The translations under genes and the position numbers were made by a program. A DNA stretch of 64,000 bases from Dictyostelium discoideum (lineage: Eukaryota). The DNA lies in NCBI GenBank assembly GCA_000004695.1, contig CM000151.3, positions 5,536,001 to 5,600,000 on the forward strand, written 5' to 3'. Under the pieces are notes generated by a model. The model made no database searches. It was not told where the DNA came from and worked only from the letters and a program-made list of their open reading frames with translations. Below, piece by piece: positions 27,058 through 42,556 of this stretch (the first letter of the stretch is position 1; each line of letters starts with the position of its first letter).

Positions 27058-28858
27058 AACAACTCTATCACTATTAATTCAACGTAGTAGTGGTGTCAAT
27101 GGGATATATGTTGATGCAACAATGGATGAAAATAGTGATGAAGAAAAAGAAGAGTTAAGTGAAGGAGACCAATTAATAAACTTTGAAGATGTATCATATA
27201 ATGAAGAAGTATTAGAGGATGATCATCAAATTCAACTCCAACTACAACTACATGATGGTGGTGAAGAACCTGAATATGAGGAATTCTTCATGGAATACGA
27301 TGAAGAACAAGAAGAACAACAAGAAGAAGAAGAAGAAGAAGAAGAAGAACAACAACAACAAGAAGAAGGGGGTGATGATAATCAATATGATGCTGAATTT
27401 AGTATTGAAGTTGATGTAGAATTAAATAATTTTAATGATCAATATGATGAAGGTGCAATGGAAAATGGTGAACGTAGAAATAGATTAATAATAATTCATA
27501 ACCATATACATGAAGTTAGTGATGATGATGATGACGACGATGATGATAATAATAATAATGAAGGTGACCAAGTTATAGAATATTATCAAGGTGGTGGTGG
27601 TGAAGAAGAGGAAGAGGAAGGAGATAGCAATGGTGAAGGTGAAGGTGAGGGTGAAGAATATCAACCTCAAGAGGGTGAGAGTGAAGAAGATTATGAAGAA
27701 GATTTTTATATTGAACATGATGATTATGATCATGACATTGAAATACATGAAGAGGAGCAAGAGGAAGTTGATGAGGAGTTACAAGAAGAGGGAGAGGAAG
27801 AAGAAGAAGAAGAAGAGGTAGAAGAGGAAGACGCTCAAGAGGAACAAGAAGATAATGCAAATGAAGGAGAAGAAGAGGAAGAAGAATTTGAAGATATAGA
27901 TGAATCAAACCAACATGTAGATTCAAATATTGAAGTTGATGATGAAGATGCTCATGTCAATATTGATGGTGATGATGATGATGATGACGAAGATGATATT
28001 CCCACTGTCAATAATAGCAGAAACGAAGATAGTTATTGGACATACGGAGATTTAACATCTGAAGATAATGGTGTGTCAACATCAAGAAGACGACTCTTTA
28101 GACGCGGTGTAAGTTTACATCCATCTATTGGTTATGATGTGGAACTTTCTGAAATTTTAAGATATAGAGATCAACAAGAACTTTATGAAAATAGCAATAA
28201 TAATGGTGGTAGTAGTAGTAGAAGAAGTAGAGGAAGTAGTAGCAATAGCAGTAGTAGTAGTAGTAGATATGCAAGAGATCCTGAACTTCAATATGTTTAT
28301 GAACATCCAGTTTCAGAACAATTTGGATATATAGGATGGTTTTTATATAATAATTTTCAAAAGAGTGGATTACTTAGAGTTGATTCAGGTCCAAAGTTTT
28401 TATCACAGGTTTTAAATTTCTACCTAACACTATTGGAACAACAAAAAACATATACCTTTGAAAATCAAAAGAAATTGGAAGCATTTATAAGTTGTTTTTT
28501 AAATATAGCCGAAACAAATAAATTACTTGGTATAAGGTTATCAACAAAAGAACTCATTCCCATTAAATTCACATTGGATATCATTGAACATCATTTCAAA
28601 TCAAATGATTCCCCTTTGTTTAAACATTACATTGAACATGTATTACCAGTGTCCGAATTATTTTATAGTAAAATCACAAATGATAAATTGGCAATCATCA
28701 ATAAACGATTGGTATCCGCTTTATCCTCTGCTGAAAACTATTCATCCGTAATTAACATTCACGATAAGCGATCACAATATTTTGAATATTTCAGAAAACA
28801 ATTATGGTCAATTCGAAATCAAAATGACTTAAATACATTATCATCATATTATAAATAA
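26777..28858 (+). CDS. hypothetical highly acidic (E/D-rich) protein with a poly-N tract and a conserved-looking ~230-aa C-terminal domain
   Basis: Continuous ORF from a genuine ATG (26777). The C-terminal 230 aa (YVYEHPVSEQFGYIGWFLYNNFQKSGLLRV...) are non-repetitive. No family was recognised. Confidence 0.6.
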
Positions 28859-28884
28859 AATTAAATAAAATTAATAAAATTAAA

Positions 28885-28981
<97 letters not shown>

Positions 28982-29233
28982 TAATAATAATAAAAATATT
29001 TAACTAATATTAATAAAAAATATTAAGATTAAAATTACTTGTAAATAAAATTGAAACTAATTATTTTTTAATTATTTATTTATTTTTTTTTATTTTATTT
29101 TTTTTTTATTTTTTTATTTTATTTTATTTCTTATACAAGAATCACTTTCAATTTCCGAGCATTTTTTGAATTTTTGGGTGTGTCATCACACTTTTTTTTT
29201 TTGATAGAAATTTTAAAAACGAAAATTCTAATT

Positions 29234-29266
<33 letters not shown>

Positions 29267-29700
29267 TTTTTTATTTTTTTTTATTATTTTTTATTTTTTT
29301 ATTTTTTTTTTTTTTTTTTGATGTCATTATCAAAAATTATTTAAATATCATCATTACTCTTTTCAGGGTTATAGTTGTGTTTTTATTTCATTTTTTTTAT
29401 TTTTTTATTTTTTTATTTTTTTTTTTATTTTTAAATATTTTTTATTTTTTTTTTTATTTTTTTATTTTTTTCATTTTTTTTTTATTTTATTTTTCATATT
29501 TTTTTTCTTCTGTTGTAAATAAAATAATATCTTAATAAAACTGCAATAATATCTTTTTTTTTTTTTTTTTTTTTTGTACAAGTATTGTTTTTTGTTTTAA
29601 AAAAAAAAAAAAAAAAAAAAATTTAGTTTCGAAAACAAAATAAAACAGAAAAAAAAAAAAAAAAAAAAAAGTTATTGTCCATCTATAGTTTTATTATAGA

Positions 29701-31059
29701 ATGACGTTAAAAATAAACAAAGCAGATGAAAGAACTCATTTGTTAGGGTAAGTTATAAATAAATAATAAATCTTTAATTATACATAATCACGATTTATTT
29801 ACTTATATATTTTTTTTTTTAAAAATTATATACTTATAAAAAAAAAGTAATAATCCATCACAATCAACAGTTAATATAATCCAAGATATAAAAAATGAAG
29901 TTGATGAAGTAGATGATAATGGATCATCATCAATATCAATGGTCAATCCATTAAGAGAATCAATGGAAACAATTGAAAGAGCAACAGAATTAGAATTGTA
30001 TGTACACACATTTTATTTTATAAAAATTAAATATACATGTATAATATATATATATATATTAATAGTTTTTATTTTTTATATATAGTACATATTGGATTAT
30101 GAAAAAAAGACAATGGTCAAGAATTCAAAGAGGTACATTTACGAACGAAAAGAGAGGATTTTCAATATTATGGTTTTTATTTTTTATGATTGTTTATGGT
30201 GTTTATTTATTCTTACAAATTTATCATTTTGAAAGAATTGATGGATATATATTAGAGTTTATATTGATGGGATTCATATCATTTTCATTGGGATTATTAG
30301 TACCACGTTTTGCGATAATAGTACGTATTGTGTTTTTAGAGGTATATTCAACATTGTACCTATTCTTCATATTCAATCTATACTATGAAAAACAGTATTA
30401 TATACCATTGATATCATTGGGAAGTGGGGTGTTGGTATTCTCGATTATATGTTTCTTTGTCTATCCATATATTATGCGTTGTATATTCTCGATTACAGGT
30501 GCAATCACATTAAATGTCGATAAAGATCAATGGGTACGTGGTGAATCAAATAGATTTACAATTAAACAAAAGAATCTATTCCAAAAACCTTCAACTTGTA
30601 TTTACGAAGGACCCCTATTGGATGGTCGTCCACATGGTATTGGAACTTGGATGGATACTTCATATCAAGGTGAATTGTTAACTGGTTTCTGGGAAGATGG
30701 TATACCATTGGGTCCTTTTGAATCAATGGAAAATGATACTCGTTCACTTTTAGTCAATCTTCGTATTATCTATGGTACAAATGGTGGTGGTAAAAGTTGG
30801 CTAGATAGAATTCCCCTAAACATTGGTGTTGCCTCAATTGAATGTTGTGTATCTGGTAACTTTTTCAAAGGATATCCAAAAGTTTCAATGATTAAAGGTC
30901 CTGATCTTTGTAAATGTCAAAATCGTTGTACTTGTATTCAATCACTTTTAGATAAGAAATATTATAGACATATTGATGATGATAAAACAATTGTAATTAT
31001 TTATTTATTTATTATTTATATAAATAGACATATATATATATATATTAATTTACTAATAT

Positions 31060-31110
<51 letters not shown>

Positions 31111-32269
31111 TTATAAATAGACATCAATTGTAGTTTCATTAGATAAGAAAATGGATGCATTAGCAATTTCAGGTTTTAAACCATTACATCCAAAAAATAA
31201 AACAGTTTCAATTGAAATTGGTAGACAAGAAAATGTTCAAAAATTAATTGTTGATAATAATTGGATTTCAAGTCAATCTAATGAAGGTATTTTATTCATT
31301 CATGGTTATGATCACGATTTAAAAGATGCTTTAAAAAGATTTGCTCAATTTTTAGCATTAGGTCATTTCCCAAATTATATTAAACCATTGTGAGTATTTT
31401 TTTTTTTTTTTTTTTCAAAAAAAATATAATAGTAATAATAATTTTAAATATTAATTATTTTATTATTTTTATTTTTTATTTTTTTCAGTGTATTTAATTG
31501 GCCATCATCAACAAGTCCATTATTATATTGGTGTGCACATTCAGTTGCATCAGATAATGATAATCATAGAGATCTTCAAAAGTTTATTGAAAGTTTAGGA
31601 CAAAGTGGTATTAGAAATTTACATATAATGTGTCATTCTATGGGAACACGTTTCTTTTTAAGATCATTTAGTAAAATTAAAAAAGCCTTTGCAAAAAGAA
31701 AACCAATTGTATATAGTAGTAGTAATAATAATAATAGTAATAATAATGAAAATTTTAATAATAATAATAATAATAATGATATAAGTAGTAGTAGTAATAG
31801 TGGATTTGTTCAACAACCTGAACAAGATAAATCACTTAAATATATAAATAAAATCAATTTAACCAATTTAATATTTTTAAATCCAGATTACGAAATCAAT
31901 ACATTTAAAAATGATTATGGTGAATTAAGAAATTATTGTCCAAGAATTACAGTTTATGCAGATCACAGAGATGAAGCAATTAAAATGGCATTTAGAATCA
32001 CACAAAAGAGAAATCTTGGTAATAATATCTTTGGTATCGTTGATGATGATGGTGGTATGTTGGATGTTGATATCATCGATACTGGTGATTTGGATAGTAA
32101 TATGTCTGAACGTCATCATTCTTTCTTTAACATCAACCGTCTCATGGTTGATGATCTACATGATTTAATTGTCACTGGTAAAAGAGCTATGGATAGAACT
32201 TCAAGATTAAAATCTGTTGGTGATGTCTTTAGATTCTCGATTTTACCTTCAACTGTTGTTGTAGTTTAG
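29701..32269 (+). CDS. multi-TM protein with a C-terminal DUF900-type alpha/beta hydrolase domain; join(29701..29747,29848..29997,30086..30992,31121..31389,31489..32269), ~717 aa
   Basis: Five exons have mutually consistent phases: GTAAGT at 29748, GTATGT at 29998, GTAATT at 30993 and GTGAGT at 31390, with acceptors aaaaag/tatatag/aaatag/tttttcag. Exon 3 encodes ~7 hydrophobic helices. Exons 4-5 encode the hydrolase: LFIHGYDHDLKDALKRFAQFLALG (oxyanion HG) and NLHIMCHSMGTRFFL (GxSxG nucleophile elbow). Confidence 0.6.
31057..31110. repeat. (TTTA)n tetranucleotide microsatellite inside intron 3 of the DUF900-hydrolase gene
   Basis: tatttatttatttatttatttatttatttatttatttatttattta. Confidence 0.85.
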
Positions 32270-32360
32270 TAGTAAAAAAAAAACTAAAACTAAACAAAAA
32301 AAAACAAATAATAAATAACAAATAATAAATAACAAAATAAAAATAAATATATTAAATAAT

Positions 32361-33581
<1,221 letters not shown>

Positions 33582-34370
33582 TTCTATTTAATGGTTTTTA
33601 TTTTTTTTATTATTTTTTTTTTATTATTTTTTTTTTTTTTTGGTAATAAAATTTAAAAAAATAAAAAAATAAAAAAAAAATAAATATATTGATAAAAACA
33701 TTAAAATTTGACAAAAAAAAAAAAAAAAAAATAAAAAAAAATAAAAAAAAAAAAACATCACCTAATTAAATTCCCAAAATAATCAATATCTAAAAAATCT
33801 TGATTATTTTATTTGTTTGTTTTTTTTTTTTTAACCTTCAAATTTGACATTAAAAAAAAAAATATTATATTCCAATTCAGCCAAATCAATTTTTTTTTTT
33901 TTGTAATCTTTTTTTTCTTTAAGGTTCCCTATTGTCGTTCCTCACAAATAAAAAAACAATAACAAAAATAAATAGAATTTTTATTTAAAAAAAAAAATTC
34001 TGAAAAAATGAATTCTTTTTTTTATATTTTATATGGTTTTGTGTATTTCTGGGTGCTCTATTTCATATACCAAATTCATATCAAATAAATAAAAAAAAAA
34101 AAAAAATTAAAAATGAAATTAAAATTAAAATGAAATTAAAAATATAATTTTCTCAACCCAAAAAATATGTTGTAGGGAATTTTCCATAAAATTTCACTAC
34201 AGTAGCGTAGTGAATTTTATTATTTAATTTCACTACAGTAGCGTAGTGAAAAAAAAAAATCACTGACCTTAAATTTTTTTTTTTTTCAAAAAACAAATAA
34301 AGTTTATTAAATTGAAATTTTATTTTTTGTTTTAATTATTATTTTATTTATTTTTATTATAATTATTGTT

Positions 34371-34403
<33 letters not shown>

Positions 34404-34610
34404 CAATTTTTTTTTTTTAAATTTTTTTCAATTTTTATTTGTTTATTAAATTGTAATTTTATTTTTTGTTTTAATTATTATTTTATTTATTATTATTGTT
34501 AATTTTTTTTTTTTTTCAATTTTTTTTTTTTTAATTTATTTTTATTAATTTATTTTTAAGTATAAATTTAAAAGTTATTTAAATAAAATAGTTTTTTCTT
34601 CTTTAGATGA

Positions 34611-35840
34611 AATACCTTTTCATCATTATCATCAACAACGACATTTTCAAATGAAAGTTTAGAATATTTTTATAATTCAAATTCAAATTTAATTTTATTT
34701 AATTCAAATTCAAATTTAATACCAAAATCAATAACAAAATTAAAATTTGATAAAAGATTTAATCAAATAATAAAATTAAATCAAATATCAAATAATGTTA
34801 AATCAATTATATTTGGTAAATATTTTAATAGTTTAATTCAAGTGAATTCAACATTATCATTAAATTTATCATCAATTGAATTTGGTAAAAATTTTAATTG
34901 TCCTTTTAATTTTGAAACATTGGAAAATGTTAAAACCATTAAATTTGGTAACCTTTTTATGCAATCACTTGAAAATTGTCATTTTCCACCAAATTTAACA
35001 TCGTTAACATTTGGTAATTCATTTAATAGTGAAATTCCAAGTGGTTACTTTTTAGATATACCATTGACGGTATTGGTATTTGGAAAGTTTTTCAATAGAC
35101 CAATAGATGATAAAAGTTTACCATCAACTTTAACATCATTAGATTTAGGTTCATCTAAATTTTTAAATTTTGAATTTTCAAATAAATTACCACAATTACA
35201 ATCACTAATAATGGGTAAAGGATATAATGGAACTTTAAAAATAGGTGACTTACCAACAACTTTAAAACAACTTTCATTATGGGATAATAATTCTAATCGT
35301 GATTCATTAAGTGATTTTGGAATTATTCCAAATGGTATTACATCTTTATCATTTGGTGATTCATTTAATCAATTAATTGAGAATAACATTTTACCAGAAA
35401 CAATTACAAATTTATCATTTGGTTTAAAGTTTAATAAACCAATTAAAATCAATGTTTTACCTAGTAATTTAACAAGTTTATCATTTAATTACCATTTTAA
35501 TCAACCCCTTGAAAAAGGAGTTTTACCAAATTCATTAACTAGTTTATCTTTTGAAGGTGTATTTAATCAAAATATTCAAGTTGGTACACTTCCAAATAGT
35601 ATAACTTATTTATCACTTTGTTATTTTTATGATAAACCTTTTCCAATTGGTTCATTACCATTATCATTAAAACAATTAAAAATTCATTCCTCCAAATTTA
35701 ATCAAGATCTCTCTTCCTCTTTTGATGATTATTTCACTTGTTCTTTAGAAACAATTTACATTAGTAAAAATTCAAATCTTATTAATATTTTAAATTCAAA
35801 CTTTTTTAGTAAATTTATTAAATTTTATAATATTAATTAA
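34611..35840 (+). CDS. FNIP-repeat protein (Dictyostelium-type FNIP repeats), 5' end unresolved
   Basis: Repeated ~22-aa units of the form LPxxLTSLSFGxxFNQPI are characteristic FNIP repeats. The track start at 34842 is a GTG. The same frame stays open and repeat-like back to a TGA at 34608-34610, with no in-frame ATG. An upstream ATG exon is probably missing from my model. Confidence 0.6.
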   Translation, partial: NTFSSLSSTTTFSNESLEYFYNSNSNLILFNSNSNLIPKSITKLKFDKRFNQIIKLNQISNNVKSIIFGKYFNSLIQVNSTLSLNLSSIEFGKNFNCPFNFETLENVKTIKFGNLFMQSLENCHFPPNLTSLTFGNSFNSEIPSGYFLDIPLTVLVFGKFFNRPIDDKSLPSTLTSLDLGSSKFLNFEFSNKLPQLQSLIMGKGYNGTLKIGDLPTTLKQLSLWDNNSNRDSLSDFGIIPNGITSLSFGDSFNQLIENNILPETITNLSFGLKFNKPIKINVLPSNLTSLSFNYHFNQPLEKGVLPNSLTSLSFEGVFNQNIQVGTLPNSITYLSLCYFYDKPFPIGSLPLSLKQLKIHSSKFNQDLSSSFDDYFTCSLETIYISKNSNLINILNSNFFSKFIKFYNIN

Positions 35841-35931
35841 ACTTTAAAACAATTAATAATAAAAATAAAAATAAAAATATAAATATAAATAAAAATTATA
35901 CCTTTATTTTTTAAAAAAAAAAAAAAAAAAG

Positions 35932-37983
<2,052 letters not shown>

Positions 37984-38626
37984 TAGACTGAAAAAAAAAA
38001 AAAAAAAAAAATTAAAAAAAAAAAAAAAAAAAAAGTTTTAATTTCAAAAAAAATTTATGTGGAAACTAAAAAAAAAAAAGTTACAAAGAGAGAAAATAAA
38101 TAAAAATAAAAAATAAAAAGGCAAAAATATTTTTCATAAATTATTTTAGAATTAAAAAAAAAAATTGATGATGGGATAGGTGAAAGAAAAAAAATCCAAA
38201 AAAAAATGACAGATAAAACAATTGATAAATCTGTTATTATGCCAAGAATATACCAATATACCCTATAGGGTTTAGTTTGACTTTGGGTGGCCAATGTAAT
38301 ATGAATCTTCTCTGATAGAATCAATAAATACTGAGAATGAAGAATTAGATGGTGATATAGATTATGGCTTTATTGGTGAACAATGAACGTTTTTAATTAT
38401 TAAAAAATAATTATTATAAATATCTTCAAAAATTAAAAACAAATAAAAATAAAAATACAATTTCAAAAATAAATTATTAAAAATCCCACCATTAACACAA
38501 GTAAACAGGTGGTATTTTTATTTTTTCTTGATTATTTTTTTTAATTTTTTTTTTTTTTTTTAATTCCATAAAATATTTTCAGTGAATAATATGGCATTTG
38601 AATTTGATAATATTGAAAAAATAAAA

Positions 38627-38665
<39 letters not shown>

Positions 38666-38826
38666 ATAATTTAACCAATTTATTTTTTTTCAATATTATC
38701 AAATTTGAATATTTTTGCAATTTCTAAAAAAAAAAAATCAATTTTTTCTTTAAAATTTCTTTATTTCATTTAAAAAAAAAAAAATTTCACTCACAACATT
38801 TTATAAGCTTATTCAAATATTATAAA

Positions 38827-39151
38827 ATGTCATATATGATCAATTCAGCTAAACAAAAAAGGAATGAAGATGAAATTATTAATTTCATCAGTAATAGTTC
38901 ATTAAAGGATAGATCTTTATTGTTATTATATATTTCAAAATTATCATCAAATGGTTTATATATTCCAAGTATTAGTTCATTAATTAATTTTTGTGAAGAA
39001 ATAATAATTTTAAAGTATTTATTAATAATAAAATAAAAAAAAATTAAAAAATAAAAAAAAAAATTAAAAAATAAAAAAAAATTAAAAACAAAAAAATAAA
39101 AAATAAATATTAATTTTTTTTTTTTTTATTTTTTTTTTTTTTATTTCAAAA

Positions 39152-39183
<32 letters not shown>

Positions 39184-40149
39184 AGAGATACAATTGAAAC
39201 TCAAAATGAAGATTTAGTTGCAAAATGGTATTGGGCAGATGATGATATGAATGGACATCAAACAGATTATAAACCATATAGTTTTGAAACTTGTAAAAGA
39301 TTAGAAAAAGCAAGAAAGAATAAAATTGAATATTGTAGAATTAGTGATGTCCATTTCGTTGATACAGTTTCACTCGCACAAATTAGATATGATGATAAAG
39401 GTAGAGTTAGACTTGTTAGAAGAGATCCACCAAAATATAAAGAAAATGAAATTTTACCACAACAACAACAACAACCAATCACAACTGAAAATAATAATAA
39501 TAATGATAATGACAATAATAAAGATGATGAATTTGTTCAATGGTATTGGGCAGATGATGGACCAAGAGGACATCAAGATGTTTGGGTTAAATATAGTGAA
39601 GATTTATCAAAACTAATGGAAGCAAGTTATCAAAATAACAATAGAATCAATAGTGAATTAATTCCAATTAAAGTTGATGAAGAACGTTTCGTCGATACAA
39701 AGAGAATGCTACAAGTTAGATTTGACTCTAGATTTAGAGTAAGATTAGTTAAAAGGGATACAAAAACATTGGCACCACCAAAAGGATCTAGTGGTAGTAG
39801 TGCTCCATCTACTCCATCAAAATCAACAATGGAAAAACTTTTTGGACTCATGACACTTCAATCACCAAAGAAATCAACACCAAAAAAACCAAATCAAAAA
39901 ATACCATTTGTTGATACTTCAATAAATTTAAAAACATTGCCAAATGATGCTTTATTAGATATTTTAACAATTGATGAAATTAAATACCTAATGAAAAAAT
40001 TAGTAATTGCCATACCAGATTCATCCAAATCAAATGCAGATCAAACACCAACAAATTCATCTTTAAAAAAATTTACAATCTCAACTTTTAAATCAACTTT
40101 TATTCTTAATAATAATCAAATATTATCAAAAATTGTATTAAAAAAATAA
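38827..40149 (+). CDS. protein with two tandem WWE domains; join(38827..39014,39186..40149)
   Basis: WWE domain 1 starts upstream of the track ATG (VAKWYWADDDMNGHQTDYKPYSFETCKRLEKA...RVRLVRRD). WWE domain 2 reads FVQWYWADDGPRGHQDVWVKYSEDLSKLMEAS...RVRLVKRD. The frame is open back to an aaaag acceptor at 39185. Exon 1 (MSYMINSAKQ...EEIIILK) ends in phase 2 with a GTATTT donor at 39015. Phases match, but exon 1 is less certain than the WWE exon. Confidence 0.55.
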
Positions 40150-40193
40150 AATAAAAAAATAAAGAAATCATGATTTAATAATAATAGTTTTAT

Positions 40194-40772
40194 TTATTGA
40201 TTACAAATATAATTATAAGCATCTTTTGTGATTTCAGTATCACATTCTGGTAATGTTAGAGTAAAGTTTGAAGGTGTGCCATTACAATTAGTTGCTGATG
40301 GATAAGTTGAAGTAGTTATTGAATCACTGGTACAAGTAAAGATAGTTGCATTTTCAGATGGATTAATAATACATTTATTTAATGGATTTGATAAAATTGA
40401 ATTTGGAGTATTCTTCCAATCATTACAACTCTCTGAAATTATAGTAATGAATGAGTTATCAACAAATTGATAATTATCAACACAGTTAAATGTTAGGGCA
40501 CCTTGACATACACCATTTTCTTGAGTCAATTGTTGGAATATTCCTTTAGTACAATTTGCATCTTTGTAATAATTAATTTGAATTTCATTACCAACACAAA
40601 CATATTCAGTTCCATCTAAACATGTACTTTCACGATTAAATGTTGTTGAAATAATTTCACCATTACATGATTGATCATTTTGATAATTATAATAATTTAA
40701 TTGAACAAATTGACCATTTACTAATGTTGTAAAAATAATTGCTAAAATTAAAAGTTGTAATAATAATTTCAT
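40194..40772 (-). CDS. secreted cysteine-rich protein (192 aa) with an N-terminal signal peptide
   Basis: MKLLLQLLILAIIFTTLVNG is a signal peptide, followed by ~18 Cys and several N-glycosylation sequons. There is no C-terminal hydrophobic (GPI) tail. The ATG is genuine. Confidence 0.6.
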   Translation of the reverse strand: MKLLLQLLILAIIFTTLVNGQFVQLNYYNYQNDQSCNGEIISTTFNRESTCLDGTEYVCVGNEIQINYYKDANCTKGIFQQLTQENGVCQGALTFNCVDNYQFVDNSFITIISESCNDWKNTPNSILSNPLNKCIINPSENATIFTCTSDSITTSTYPSATNCNGTPSNFTLTLPECDTEITKDAYNYICNQ

Positions 40773-41262
40773 TTTATTTATTTTATTTATTTTGTTTTTT
40801 TTTTTTTTTTAAATATAAGCAATTATACCATTTATTTTTTTTATTTTTTTTCTTTAATTTTTCTTACTTTGATGCTGGGAAAATATTTTCCCAAATTATG
40901 ACGTTTTTTTTTTTTTTTTTTTTTATTGAAAAAAAAATATCTTTTTGTTGGGAAATTAAAAATCCACCTCCATTTACCCTTAAGACGTTAGTTATTGGGG
41001 ATTTATTAAATTGGAAATTTTGTAAAAGTATTATTTTTTTAATTGATTATATTTTTATCAACTGTTTTTAAAGTTCTCAATTAAGTTATTACTAAAAGAT
41101 TACTTTTGGAAAGAATGTAACAATGAAAAAAAAAAAAAAAAAAAAAAAAGCTAACCACTTTTCTTTATTTTTTTATTTTTTTTTTTTTTCTTTTTCTTTT
41201 TTTTTTTTTCAAATCAAATTTTTCAAATATATTAATAAAAATTTAAATTAAATAGAAATAAA

Positions 41263-41530
41263 ATGGAAAGAATACAAATAATTTCAAATCATATACTTCC
41301 AATTGTGCAACATAATAATAATAATAAACAGTACTATGAACAACAATATCTACTATTAGCTAATAACACAACAGATGCAATCATGGAATTAAGTGAAGAA
41401 CATGAAAAAGAGGAATCTTTAAGAAAAATTCAATGTGAAAATAATGGTATTGAATATGTCTATAAACCTTTATTTATTGATTTTGGTGTTCATATGAATA
41501 ATAATAATAATAATAAAACTATTACTGTTG

Positions 41531-41578
<48 letters not shown>

Positions 41579-41580
41579 AA
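41263..41580 (+). CDS. small hypothetical protein (105 aa) with poly-N tail
   Basis: ORF from a genuine ATG. The first ~80 aa are not low-complexity. Confidence 0.3.
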
Positions 41581-41764
41581 GAATAAAAAGTAAAATAAAT
41601 TATTTAAAAAGTTTTTTTTTAATCACCAAAAGTTTATAAAAATAATTTAAATGAAATATTTAATATACACTTTAATTGCACAATAAATAATTAAATAAAA
41701 ATTTTAAAAGGGTAATTGTAAAAAATAACTAGTAAATGTTTTATTTTATTGTTTTTATATTTTG

Positions 41765-41804
<40 letters not shown>

Positions 41805-42080
41805 AAAACTCTGGTGTTTTTTGAACATGAAACGATCACAAAAAAACCGTAATTCGTTTATGGTACTTTTTTTTTATTTTTTTAATTTTTTAAAAAATGT
41901 AAAATCAAAAAAAAAAAAAAAAATCAAAAAAAAAAAAAAAAAAAGTGTCATTTTGATTTGAAAACAAATTACCAAAAAGTAAGATATACAAATTTTTTAA
42001 AATCAAATATAGAAAATTAAGATTATAATGATTATTAACTAAATATATTTAATTTCTAAAATCAGGTTTTACTTAAAAAA

Positions 42081-42296
42081 ATGATTGTCAATGCCGATAA
42101 TACTGCTTTAAATTATGGATCCAGAACTCCAACTTTTGCTGAAGTACTCCAAAATTGGGGTTTAGATATTAAATGTAGCAACTGGCAATTACACGATACT
42201 AGAGGAAACTCTGTTAACGTTAACGCTCCAGTTGAAAAAAAGCAATACAGATTCGATTCATGTGGTCAAGTTTCTTATTACTTTACAATGAATTAA
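42081..42296 (+). CDS. small hypothetical protein (71 aa), compositionally complex
   Basis: Genuine ATG with no low-complexity sequence (MIVNADNTALNYGSRTPTFAEVLQNWGLDIKCSNWQLHDTRGNSVNVNAPVEKKQYRFDSCGQVSYYFTMN). Codon usage is typical for the genome. Confidence 0.35.
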   Translation: MIVNADNTALNYGSRTPTFAEVLQNWGLDIKCSNWQLHDTRGNSVNVNAPVEKKQYRFDSCGQVSYYFTMN

Positions 42297-42556
42297 ATTA
42301 ATTCATCCTATTATAATTTTTTTAATAAATTTTAAAAACTACTTTTTTTTTTTTAAAAATTAATTAATTTCCTACCCCTTGTTTATTTATTAATTTTTTA
42401 TTAAAATTTTTACTGTGGTATATGTCCAATATTTTTTAAAATTTTTAAAAAAAAAAAAAAAATAAAAAAATTTATTTTAAAATAAATAAAATTAAACACA
42501 CTACACAAAATAATATTTAATTAAATAATAAATATTTTTTTTTAAAAATTATTTAT

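Noticed and set aside
27219-27926. Overlapping ORFs within the acidic-protein gene
   Set aside because: They are frame-shifted or antisense readings of GAA/GAT-rich repeats. The 693-aa frame is continuous and bounded by a real ATG.
38055-38324. Minus-strand 89-aa ORF
   Set aside because: The translation is a hydrophobic low-complexity reading of A/T tracts adjacent to the chaperonin-like gene start. No start context or domain is present.
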